A DNA stretch of 64,000 nt from Dendrobates tinctorius (taxonomy: Eukaryota). Made by a program: the position numbers and the translations under genes. The stretch lies in assembly GCF_039654945.1 (NCBI RefSeq), contig NW_027361832.1, forward strand, positions 20,646,001 to 20,710,000, read 5' to 3'. Shown here piece after piece: positions 51,201 to 58,812 of this stretch. The notes under the pieces were generated by a model that saw only the letters and a list, made by a program, of their open reading frames with translations, was not told where the DNA came from and did no database searches. Every line of letters starts with the position of its first letter. Positions within the stretch are counted from its first letter, which is position 1.

Positions 51201-53455
51201 GTCACTGTGGAAATGGCTGCAGTCAGCGTGCACGGTTATTAATGTGACTGATGGAGCAGCGCTGGGATCTCTCGGCATGCTCTGTGGGAAGGGGTTATGC
51301 CTTCACCCTATAGGCATTAAACATGTAAAAGCAACATCCAAAATTAAAAAATAGTCACTTAGGCTGGTTTCACACTAGTGTTCAGGAGGGCTGCGGATGG
51401 CAGACTACTTCCTCCGTGAAGCTCCGCCTACTTCCGCATGCGTCCAGCGTTTCCCTGCGTACCTATCCTTAACATTGGCTACGCAGGGACATGCGTTGTA
51501 TGCGGATGCGCCCGCATGCGGCGATTTGACATGTGCGGAGACCGCACGGAAACGCAAAACAAAGAAGCCCGAGGACGGATGTACTGATCTCATTACAAAA
51601 AAAACTGCCACTGTCCAGGTCACCTGAAAAAGTCATTTTGTTTCGGATTTAATGCATAAAAACGCATCAAAAGCCACAGTAATGTAGGCAGCGTGTCTGC
51701 AGTTATCACTTATATATAAAAAAATAGCTACAAAAGTGTGAACATGCTCTAATAGTAGTGTGCGGCTCTGCAGGACATGTATCACAGATGGCAGTGCTCA
51801 CCCGCAGGGGGCGCCCTCAGTCTCCCATCTCCCCGTCACCCACAGGGGGGGGGGCGCCCTCAGTCTCCCATCTCCCCCTCACCCACAGGGGGGGGGCGCC
51901 CTCAGTCTCCCGTCTCCCATCTCCCCCTCACCCACAGGGGGGGGGGGCGCCCTCAGTCTCCCATCTCCCTCACACACAGGGGGGGGGGGGCGCCCTCAGT
52001 CTCCCATCTCCCCCTCACCCACAGGGGGGGGGGGCGCCCTCAGTCTCCCATCTCCCCCTCACCCACAGGGGGGGGGGGGCGCCCTCAGTCTCCCATCTCC
52101 CCCTCACCCACAGGGGGGGGGGGCGCCCTCAGTCTCCCATCTCCCCCTCACCCACAGGGGGGGGGGGGCGCCCTCAGTCTCCCATCTCCCCCTCACCCAC
52201 AGGGGGGGGGGGGCGCCCTCAGTCTCCCATCTCCCCCTCACCCACAGGGGGGGGGGGCGCCCTCAGTCTCCCATCTCCCCCTCACCCACAGGGGGGGGGG
52301 GGCGCCCTCAGTCTCCCATCTCCCCCTCACCCACAGGGGGGGGCCGCCCTCAGTCTCCCATCTCCCCCTCACCCACAGGGGGGGGGGGGCCGCCCTCAGT
52401 CTCCCATCTCCCCCTCACCCACAGGGGGGGGGGCCGCCCTCAGTCTCCCATCTCCCCCTCACCCACAGGGGGGGGGGCCGCCCTCAGTCTCCCATCTCCC
52501 CCTCACCCACAGGGGGGGGGGGCCGCCCTCAGTCTCCCATCTCCCCCTCACCCACAGGGGGGGGGGCCGCCCTCAGTCTCCCATCTCCCCCTCACCCACA
52601 GGGGGGGGGGGCCGCCCTCAGTCTCCCATCTCCCCCTCACCCACAGGGGGGGGCGCCCTCAGTCTCCCATCTCCCCCTCAGTCTCCCATCTCCCCGTCAC
52701 CCACAGGGGGGGGGGGGGCGCCCTCAGTCTCCCATCTCCCCCTCACCCACGGGGGGCGCCCTCAGTCTCCCATCTCCCCGTCACCCACAGGGGGGGGGGG
52801 GGCGCCCTCAGTCTCCCATCTCCCCCTCACCCACGGGGGGCGCCCTCAGTCTCCCATCTCCCCCTCACCCACGGGGGGCGCCCTCAGTCTCCCATCTCCC
52901 CGTCACCCACAGGGGGGGGGCGCCCTCAGTCTCCCATCTCCCCCTCACCCACGGGGGGCGCCCTCAGTCTCCCATCTCCCCGTCACCCACAGGGGGGGGG
53001 GCGCCCTCAGTCTCCCATCTCCCCCTCACCCACGGGGGGCGCCCTCAGTCTCCCATCTCCCCGTCACACACAGGGGGGGGCGCCCTCAGTCTCCCATCTC
53101 CCCGTCACCCACAGGGGGGGGGGGGCGCCCTCAGTCTCCCATCTCCCCGTCACCCACAGGGGGGGGGGGGCGCCCTCAGTCTCCCATCTCCCCGTCACCC
53201 ACAGGGGGGGGGCGCCCTCAGTCTCCCATCTCCCCGTCACCCACAGGGGGGCGCCCTCAGGCTTTCATCTCCCCCTCAGGCTCCCATTTCTCCCTTCACC
53301 CGCAGGGGGCGCCCTCAGGCTCTCGGGCACCGCTCACTCACCACCTTCAGGTCCAGCACTCCGTCCTTCGCTTCCTGCAGGAGGGACACGAATTTACTGG
53401 TGAGGAGCCCCAGACTCTTCTCATGTCTGCTGGACACCCCCGCCGTCTCCGCCAT
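27142..53455 (-). CDS. E2F5: Transcription factor E2F5, 357 aa; complement join(53342-53455,50037-50146,47919-48080,44586-44629,43794-43858,37256-37499,30104-30283,29036-29080,27142-27251)
   Basis: Exons total 1074 nt in one frame; [14 protein letters not shown]...[26 protein letters not shown], marked box, C-terminus [36 protein letters not shown] (E2F5-type end); neighbour RBIS. Confidence 0.96.
28117..28690. mobile_element. TTAA-type fold-back MITE
   Basis: TTAA|AGGGAATCTGTC start; inverted arms at about 28135-28345 and 28510-28690. Confidence 0.6.
29036..29080 (-). CDS. E2F5: E2F5 exon 8 ([14 protein letters not shown])
   Basis: TTTTAG acceptor, GTATGT donor. Confidence 0.93.
29162..29759. 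mobile_element. TA-target Tc1/pogo-type MITE
   Basis: Termini CTGTATATACTTGTGTATAAG / CTTATACACGAGTATATACGG|TA. Confidence 0.7.
30104..30283 (-). CDS. E2F5: E2F5 exon 7 (180 nt, phase 1-1)
   Basis: Long polypyrimidine tract plus CAG, AAG|GTAAGG donor, open frame [15 protein letters not shown]...[10 protein letters not shown]...KLDDTEG. Confidence 0.8.
31700..32400. mobile_element. Terminal fragment of a TTAA piggyBac-like non-autonomous element
   Basis: TTAA|CCCCTTCAC start; inverted homologue of about 35220-35956. Confidence 0.6.
32808..35956. mobile_element. About 3.1 kb piggyBac-like non-autonomous element nested in a TA-MITE minisatellite
   Basis: TTAA|CCCTTT ... GAAGGGG|TTAA; the host repeat (TATGGGGCCACCATTAACC) continues on both sides; internal duplication of about 400 bp (34690-35300); no transposase ORF. 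Confidence 0.7.
34265..34660. mobile_element. Harbinger-type MITE nested in the piggyBac-like element
   Basis: TTA flanks; reverse complement of 49316-49709. Confidence 0.8.
37256..37499 (-). CDS. E2F5: E2F5 exon 6 ([27 protein letters not shown]...)
   Basis: TCTTTAG acceptor, GTGAGT donor, open frame. Confidence 0.92.
38746..39993. mobile_element. TA-target MITE carrying an internal minisatellite (39340-39810)
   Basis: TA|CTGTATATACTAGTGTATAAG ... CTTATACACGAGTATATACAG|TA; (GGAGCATCTTATGGGGGCATAATCTAT)n inside. Confidence 0.75.
40250..40645. mobile_element. Penelope-like fold-back (inverted pLTR) fragment
   Basis: Inverted arms of about 100 bp (40365-40465, 40547-40643) around a hammerhead-like motif; AATAAA in the arm. 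Confidence 0.55.
40663..42248 (-). mobile_element. Apparently intact IR/DR Tc1 transposon in E2F5 intron 5
   Basis: (TA)n|CAGTGGGG start, near-identical TIRs of about 210 bp (40663-40870; 42063 into the gap) with internal AAGTATTT(A/G)GTCA direct repeats. Confidence 0.95.
40880..41902 (-). CDS. Tc1 DD34E transposase, 340 aa, uninterrupted
   Basis: Paired-like [23 protein letters not shown], 34-residue spacing to PIE, ends NKGYITKY. Confidence 0.97.
   Translation of the reverse strand: MVKTKELSKDTRNKIVALHQAGKTESAIANQLGVKKSTVGAIIRKWKTYKTTDNLPRSGAPRKIPPRGVRMITRTVSKNPRTTRGDLVNELQRAGINVTRPTISNTLRHHGLRSCSARRVPLLKPVHVRARLKFAREHLDDPEEFWENVLWSDETKLELFGRNTTCRVWRKKNTELHPSNTIPTVKHGGGNIMLWGCFSAKGPGRLIRVHERMNGAMYREILSANLLPSARALMMKRGWVFQHDNDPKHTARATKEWLRKKHFKVLEWPSQSPDLNPIENLWREMKVRVAKRKAKNITALEEICMEEWANIPTTVCGNLVKTYRKRLTSVIANKGYITKY
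42249..42404. other. Assembly gap
   Basis: Run of N. Confidence 1.
42405..42668 (+). mobile_element. tRNA-derived V-SINE with L2-type tail
   Basis: Partial A box TGGTTAGCGC, B box GGTTTGAATCCC, V core GGAGTTTGTATGTTCTCCCCGTGTTTGCGTGGGTTTCCTCCGGGTACTCCGGTTTCC, (ATT)n tail. Confidence 0.85.
42775..43000. repeat. 18-bp GC-rich tandem repeat
   Basis: Variants of GCCGCTCGGATCCAGGCC. Confidence 0.8.
43794..43858 (-). CDS. E2F5: E2F5 exon 5 ([22 protein letters not shown])
   Basis: TTGCAG acceptor, GTGAGT donor, marked-box motif. Confidence 0.95.
44586..44629 (-). CDS. E2F5: E2F5 exon 4 ([14 protein letters not shown])
   Basis: Preceded by TCCTTAAT branch and AC acceptor; GTAAG donor. Confidence 0.93.
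45550..46860 (-). mobile_element. 5'-truncated Penelope-like retroelement (Neptune-type): GIY-YIG ORF end plus pLTR
   Basis: ORF 45941-46873 with [42 protein letters not shown] and [19 protein letters not shown]; hammerhead-like motif and AATAAA downstream. Confidence 0.92.
46860..47161. mobile_element. Truncated Harbinger-type MITE
   Basis: Ends GTGGGCACATAGCC|TAA; AAAACGC-rich body. Confidence 0.6.
47310..47655. mobile_element. Harbinger-type MITE
   Basis: TAA|GGCTCAATGCACACG ... CGTGTGCACATGGCC|TAA. Confidence 0.8.
47919..48080 (-). CDS. E2F5: E2F5 exon 3 (coiled coil)
   Basis: [46 protein letters not shown]; followed by U12 donor ATATCCTT. Confidence 0.97.
48494..49790 (-). mobile_element. 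CR1 LINE 3' fragment interrupted by a MITE
   Basis: [35 protein letters not shown]; (ATTCTATG)-type tail at about 48494-48507. Confidence 0.9.
49316..49709. mobile_element. Harbinger-type MITE inserted in CR1
   Basis: TTA TSD; same family as 34265-34660. Confidence 0.8.
50037..50146 (-). CDS. E2F5: E2F5 exon 2 ([36 protein letters not shown])
   Basis: TTTCAG acceptor, GTAAGT donor, E2F RRIYD motif. Confidence 0.97.
51800..53320. repeat. GC-rich minisatellite, about 39-46 bp unit with a variable poly-G run, at the start of E2F5 intron 1
   Basis: CCCACA(G)nCGCCCTCAGTCTCCCATCTCCCCCTCA, about 33 copies. Confidence 0.97.
53342..53455 (-). CDS. E2F5: E2F5 exon 1 ([38 protein letters not shown])
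   Basis: ATG 53455-53453, donor GTG|GTGAGT. Confidence 0.93.
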
Positions 53456-54060
53456 GATACCGGGGGCAGGCCTGTTCAGCCCGCCCGCCCCCCTCTACCG
53501 GGTAACACGGGGACTCGGCACGCAACACGCGGAGCTCCACGAGAGTCGCGATTACACCGGAAGTGACGTCAGAGCGCAGCGTTGCCCTGGAGACAGAAAC
53601 TTGCACAGTGACATAGTAAAAGCGCGGAGGCTCATGGGCGGCCATTTTAGATGAGGGCAGGAACGCGGTGATGTCGTGCCATATGCTAACTGCAGTAATC
53701 TTTACACCCTCCATGTTCTGGAGGACCAATAGTCTCCCAACACCGGCGGCTTCTATGAAGAGCAGAACATGGCCCGGATGATTCTTATTTGTAACTGGGT
53801 AGTTTCCCAATTCCAATATGGCGTCCGCTGTTCTCAGAGGCTTGTACTCTATGGTGATGACGTTAGGCAGAATCCACCAATCAGGATCTGAGGTCCAGTG
53901 AGGAAGTGGTCAGCTATTGGCTGAAGAGGAGAACAACACAGAAGCACGTGCTGTGCTGGACGAGGAGCCGCCGCTGTGCCGGGGTCTGCGGGGAAGACAT
54001 CGGGAGAAGGGAGGGACACCGAGAGCTGCGCGAGCCCCGGGGCGGAGCACGAGGAATGGC
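53456..54060 (-). promoter_or_regulatory. E2F5: E2F5 CpG promoter / 5'UTR, possibly bidirectional
   Basis: ETS-CRE composite CCGGAAGTGACGTCA 53557-53571, YY1-like GCCATTTT 53641 and AATATGGCG about 53815, CCAAT boxes about 53877 and 53916, E-box CACGTG about 53945. Confidence 0.7.
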
Positions 54061-54289
54061 GCTTAGATTAATTTCTCTGCTCTCACCTATGTTATGCCGG
54101 TTGAGCTGTAGTTTTCAGTGACGCCATTCGTTTTACCATGTAATATACTGAAAAATGGGGAAAATCCCAATGAGGCAAAATTGTGAGAGCAGCCGGTTCC
54201 ATCATTAGTGTTGTAGTTGGGCGCAGATATTACTCAGGTCGGTGCGATGGCGACAAGCAGGATTATTACTATTTTAAGAGAAAACAAAA

Positions 54290-54530
54290 GGGAAATGCGC
54301 CTCAGCGTGTGAATAGCAGGTAGCCCCCAATCTTGGAGCTGGGATCCAAAGTCCGTCTGCCACCGGATACGAGCAAAAAAAGAGAAAGAAGGATCGACCA
54401 GCTGGATATGGATAAAAAAAACTTATTTATTTCATATTGTTAAAATGAGTCCAGACAGGTTAAGAACAAGAAGACATTCTGACGCCTTTCTGGCCGAAGC
54501 CCTTAGTCATAGAATCATCAACAGAAATAA
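54290..54530 (-). mobile_element. Penelope-like pLTR fragment with hammerhead-like motif
   Basis: Minus strand ATTCT-ATGACTA-AG-GGC TTCG GCC-A-GAAA-GGCGTC-AGAAT, then AATAAA. Confidence 0.5.
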
Positions 54531-54765
54531 ACACGTGAAATAGATCACTCTGTCTGTAATGACTCTATGTGAGTTTCACTTTTTGTATTGAATAACTGAA
54601 ATAAATTAACTTTTTGATGATATTCTAATTTAGTGAGAAGCGCCTGTAGTAAGAGGGATGCTTTCTTGGCTAAGAAATGGCCCTAGTTAAAAATCAATGA
54701 ACCTAGTGATGTATGGCACATACGATAGGACACCATGGCAGTATGGCATCACTGTATGATGCTAT

Positions 54766-55150
54766 ACAGGGTGGGCCATGTATATGGATACACCTAAATA
54801 AAATGGGAATGGAAGGTGATATCATCTTCCTCTTTGTGGCACATTAGTATATGGGAGGGGGAAAACTTCAAGCTGGGTGGTGACCATGGTGGCCATTTGA
54901 AGTCAACCACTTTGGTTCCAACTTTATTTTTTTCAATGGGAAGAGGGTCATGTGACACATCAAACTTATTGAGAATTTCACACGAAAAACAATGGTGTGC
55001 TTGGTTTTAACGTATCTTTATTCTTTCATGAGTCATTTAAAAGTTTATGACCACTTATAAAATGTGTTCAAAGTGCTGCCCATTGTGTTGGATTGTCAAT
55101 GCAACCCTCTTCTCCCACTGATAGCAACACCGCAGAAGAAATGCCAGAAC
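54766..55150. mobile_element. Tc1/mariner-type fragment
   Basis: TA|CAGGGTGGGCCATGTATATGGATACACC terminus. Confidence 0.5.
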
Positions 55151-55151
55151 A

Positions 55152-55468
55152 GGCTAGTTTCACACTTGCGTTAGGTGGCGCAGCGCACGGCCGCCGTGCC
55201 GCTCCGCCCCCTGCCACGCCCCCCTCCGGTTAGCTCCTCTTATGGGCGAATGACGCTGCATGCGACCTGTGTACCCTATCGTTAGCATTGGGTACACAGG
55301 CCGTGCGCTGGTATGATTTTGACGGCGCATGCGCCCTTTTGACGGTGCGCACCAAAATGCCAAGCGGTGTGTTTGGCGCACGTCGGTGCACCGTCAAAAG
55401 GGCGCATGCGCCGTCAAAATCATACCAGCGCACGGCCTGTGTACCCAATGCTAACGATAGGGTACACT
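55152..55468. mobile_element. Harbinger-type palindromic MITE, truncated, abutting ERV env
   Basis: GGCTAGTTTCACACTTGCG terminus; fold-back at about 55268-55468. Confidence 0.7.
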
Positions 55469-55778
55469 GAAACCAGGGATTTGCGGCCCATCCGATTATA
55501 GCCAATGAGGCAGATATATCACGGGGCACATCTTTTCCCCAAAACCTAGATTGAGGCCAAGTCTCATTGTGTATGCAGTGTGGGGTTAATACCTCCCATG
55601 GCTCCAGAGGTAAGGCTAAGTACGGCATAGTCTTTGCAGATACTGGGCTGTGTGTACAGAGCCAACAGTCTTTCGGTTTCTGTTCTTCCATGTCCTTTAT
55701 GAGAAGAGCATGATGTCGAATAAGTTGTCCCAGTCAGCATTTAAGAGTTTATCCTGTGTCTCTGTAGAGTGCAGTAAC

Positions 55779-56646
55779 AAATAGTAACTTGGCACTCAAC
55801 TTGAATGATCCTTTTTGAAAGAAAATTTTATTATGTGCAGTCTCAGAAACGTTTTGGCCCACAACAGGCCTTCATCGGTCTGCCGACTGATGTCACAGTG
55901 TGGTGACTAAATGCAAGTCCAAAATTTTGTATATATTGATCCCTGCTATCAAGGTTGGTGCAGGTGTGCACTGTGCACTCACTTGATACTGTTTGCGTAT
56001 GGGCTGGTAAACTAGCCAGACTCAATATATATTGATTTTGGTGCGGTATCTAACTCTGTTATCTAACTCTGGTATCTAACGCTGTGATACAAGCGGTGGA
56101 TACCGCGTTTTGATCTACATACCCCAACCGACCTCCACAAGCTTTAGGGGATACCACTACATTGATTACACCGCTTATCTTGTGCTCCCTCTCAGCTACA
56201 GTCCTGGATGGACCTATGGTTCAAGAGCACTTAGTTTTTCATATCAGACGCCTGTCTTACATGGCCAAGCATCTCACAATGTGCATCATCCTAATTTGAA
56301 TCCAAGGAGTTAGATACCGCACCAAAATCAATATATATGGAGTCTGGCTAGTTTACCAGCCCATACGCAAACAGTATCAAGTGAGTGCACAGTGCACATC
56401 TGCACCAACCTTGATAGCAGGAATCAATATATACGAAATTTTGGACTTGCATTTAATCACCACACTGTGACATCAGTCGGCAGACCGACGAAGGCCTGTT
56501 GTGGGCCAAAACGTTTCTGAGACTGCACATAATAAAATTTTCTTTCAAAAAGGATCATTCAAGTTGAGTGCCAAGTTACTATTTGTTATTCATTTGGGTC
56601 TGGGTAACCTACTTGTGCACCCTGCGGTAGTGCCACGCTATAATTA
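55779..56646. mobile_element. Penelope-like fold-back insertion in ERV env
   Basis: 18-bp TSD TCTGTAGAGTGCAGTAAC (55761-55778, 56647-56664); inverted arms of about 280 bp. Confidence 0.7.
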
Positions 56647-58464
56647 TCTGTAGAGTGCAGTAACCCTGCCACTGCCAGCAAGGTAATTAGGAGAACAGTC
56701 ATTCTGCTGGTGAAAGGACCTTCTTGCAGTGACTGGCGTGGATCCAGGTGGGCTTTCCCTCAAGTTTTACTGAGGTGGATGTGGTCAGCTGAACTTGGAA
56801 GGGGCCGTCAAATCGTGGGTCCAGGCTCCTTCTCATGTGTCTGTATATAACCACCCAATCACCTGGATTCAGCTGATGCACATCTGCACTGGCATTAGGA
56901 TCTGGAATGGATGAGAACACATGTTTATGCACCACATTAAGGTTTTCCTGCAAGGCCTGGACGTAGGCTGTCATAGCACCGTGTTGCATTTGCAGCACCT
57001 GTGAGAAGTACAGACCAGTCTTTGGTGCACTACCAAACAGGACTTCAAAAGGAGACAAGCCTGTCTTTCCATTTGGAGTGTGGCTGACTAGAAAGAGTGC
57101 AAGAGGCAAGCATGCTACCCAGCTCTTTCCTGTGTCTGCCATGGTCTTTTGCATTTTCAGTTTAAGTGTCCCATTTAGTCTTTACACTTTCCCACTACTT
57201 TGTGGCCTATATGGTGTATGAAAAGCTTGCTGTACACCCAGGGCCTGCATGACTTCCCTCATTATTTTTCCTGTGAAGTCTGTACCCCTATCGCTTTCTA
57301 TGGTTTATGGGACACCATACCTGCAGATCAGTTCTTTCATCAGTTTGTCTGCAGTTGTTTTAGCATTTTCACTTTACCGGATAGGCTTCCGGCCAACCAG
57401 AGAAGAGATCTACACATACTAGGATATTTGCATACACTCCTACCTTGGTAGCTGTATGTCGTCAATCTGCAGTCTCTGAAATGGGTAGAGAGGCCTAGGT
57501 GTCACTTTCTTAGGGACTTTTACTGTTTTTCCTGGGTTGTGCTGTGCACAGATGAGGCATGATTGTACGAGTTTCACGGCTGCGTAACTGAAACCAGGAG
57601 TGATCCAGAAGGCATCTACCATGGCACACGTGACTTTTTGAGGTGTGAGTGGGGCCATGTGTTGCTTGCGCCATGACTGGGAACAGGGACTTCGGTAGGC
57701 ACAATTTATCCTTATTCTCCCATATTCCATTTGAGTTCAGCTCAGCTCCCAGTCTCCCTCGGTGTACCTTCTCTGTTTGGGCAGCCTGTTGCTGGAGGGA
57801 TTTCAAGACATCTAGGCTCAATGTGGCTGGAATACGCTGACTCCCAGCCACCGTCCACTGCTCTCTAGGCCGCATTGGTACTACTTTAGCAGCCTCGTCC
57901 GCCCTTCTGTTGCCCTCTACCTCCACAGAGTCACCTTTTGTGTGTGCTTTTACCTTGATGATGCCAACCTGGACTGGTAACATCAATGCCTCCATCAACT
58001 GTTTCACCAGCTCTGCATTTAATGGGCTTACCGGCTGATGTAAGAAACGCTTTGCTTCTCCAGATAGGGCCATAGTCATGGGCTATTCCCTATGCATAAT
58101 TCGAATCTGTGTAAATATTAGCAACTTTACCTGCAGCGGCTCTACACGCCTCAGTGAGTGCCTTCAACTCTGCCTCCAGTGCCGACATCATGTGAGGATA
58201 TTACTGCATATGCAGTGTAGAATCGCCCATCCTGGTGGTATCTGGAGCCATCTACAAAAAACTCAAAATCTGCATTAGGAACAGGTTTTTTCATGAACAT
58301 GTGCAAAACCCCACTGTCTCCTGACTCATCAGTTCTATGCAGTCATGTTCATGCGTCATGTCAAAGTATTCTTCCTCACTTGCTATTATGGTCACCAATT
58401 CCCCATTTTCTGAATCCACAGGAAGGAGGGTGGCGGGATTCAGAACGTTACATCTTTTGAGGGT

Positions 58465-58812
58465 ATTCAGGGGAATTTGTAGTTATATTCCGCGCTGCCG
58501 CAAGAAAGTATTCCAGGAGATCAATGTCAAAGATTCACAGTGGTTCATTCAAAATAAATATTTGAATAAACCACTGTGAATCTTTGACATTGATCTCCTG
58601 GAATACTTTCTTGCGGCAGCGCGGAATATAACTACAAATTCCCCTGAACACGTTATTTCTTCTGGTCGTTGAGGACCTGTGGATCTACAGCAGCCGCCAG
58701 ACTATATGCTTTCTCTTACCCTAATCAGGTGAGCAAATTTCTTAAGTGGAATCTCTCTTTGTAACACGGATAAGACCCTATTGCGCTTTTGTGTCTCCCT
58801 TTCTCTGCAATA
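58465..58812. mobile_element. Fold-back retroposed insertion in ERV pol (Penelope-like architecture)
   Basis: 13-bp TSD ATCTTTTGAGGGT (58452-58464, 58813-58825); near-perfect hairpin arms of about 87 bp (58466-58648) plus a unique tail. Confidence 0.65.

Noticed and set aside
27142-53455. E2F4 assignment
   Set aside because: C-terminus [20 protein letters not shown] and adjacency to RBIS indicate E2F5
51758-53654. 547-625 aa Pro/Gly-rich ORFs on +
   Set aside because: Tandem-repeat artefact, antisense to E2F5 exon 1 and intron 1
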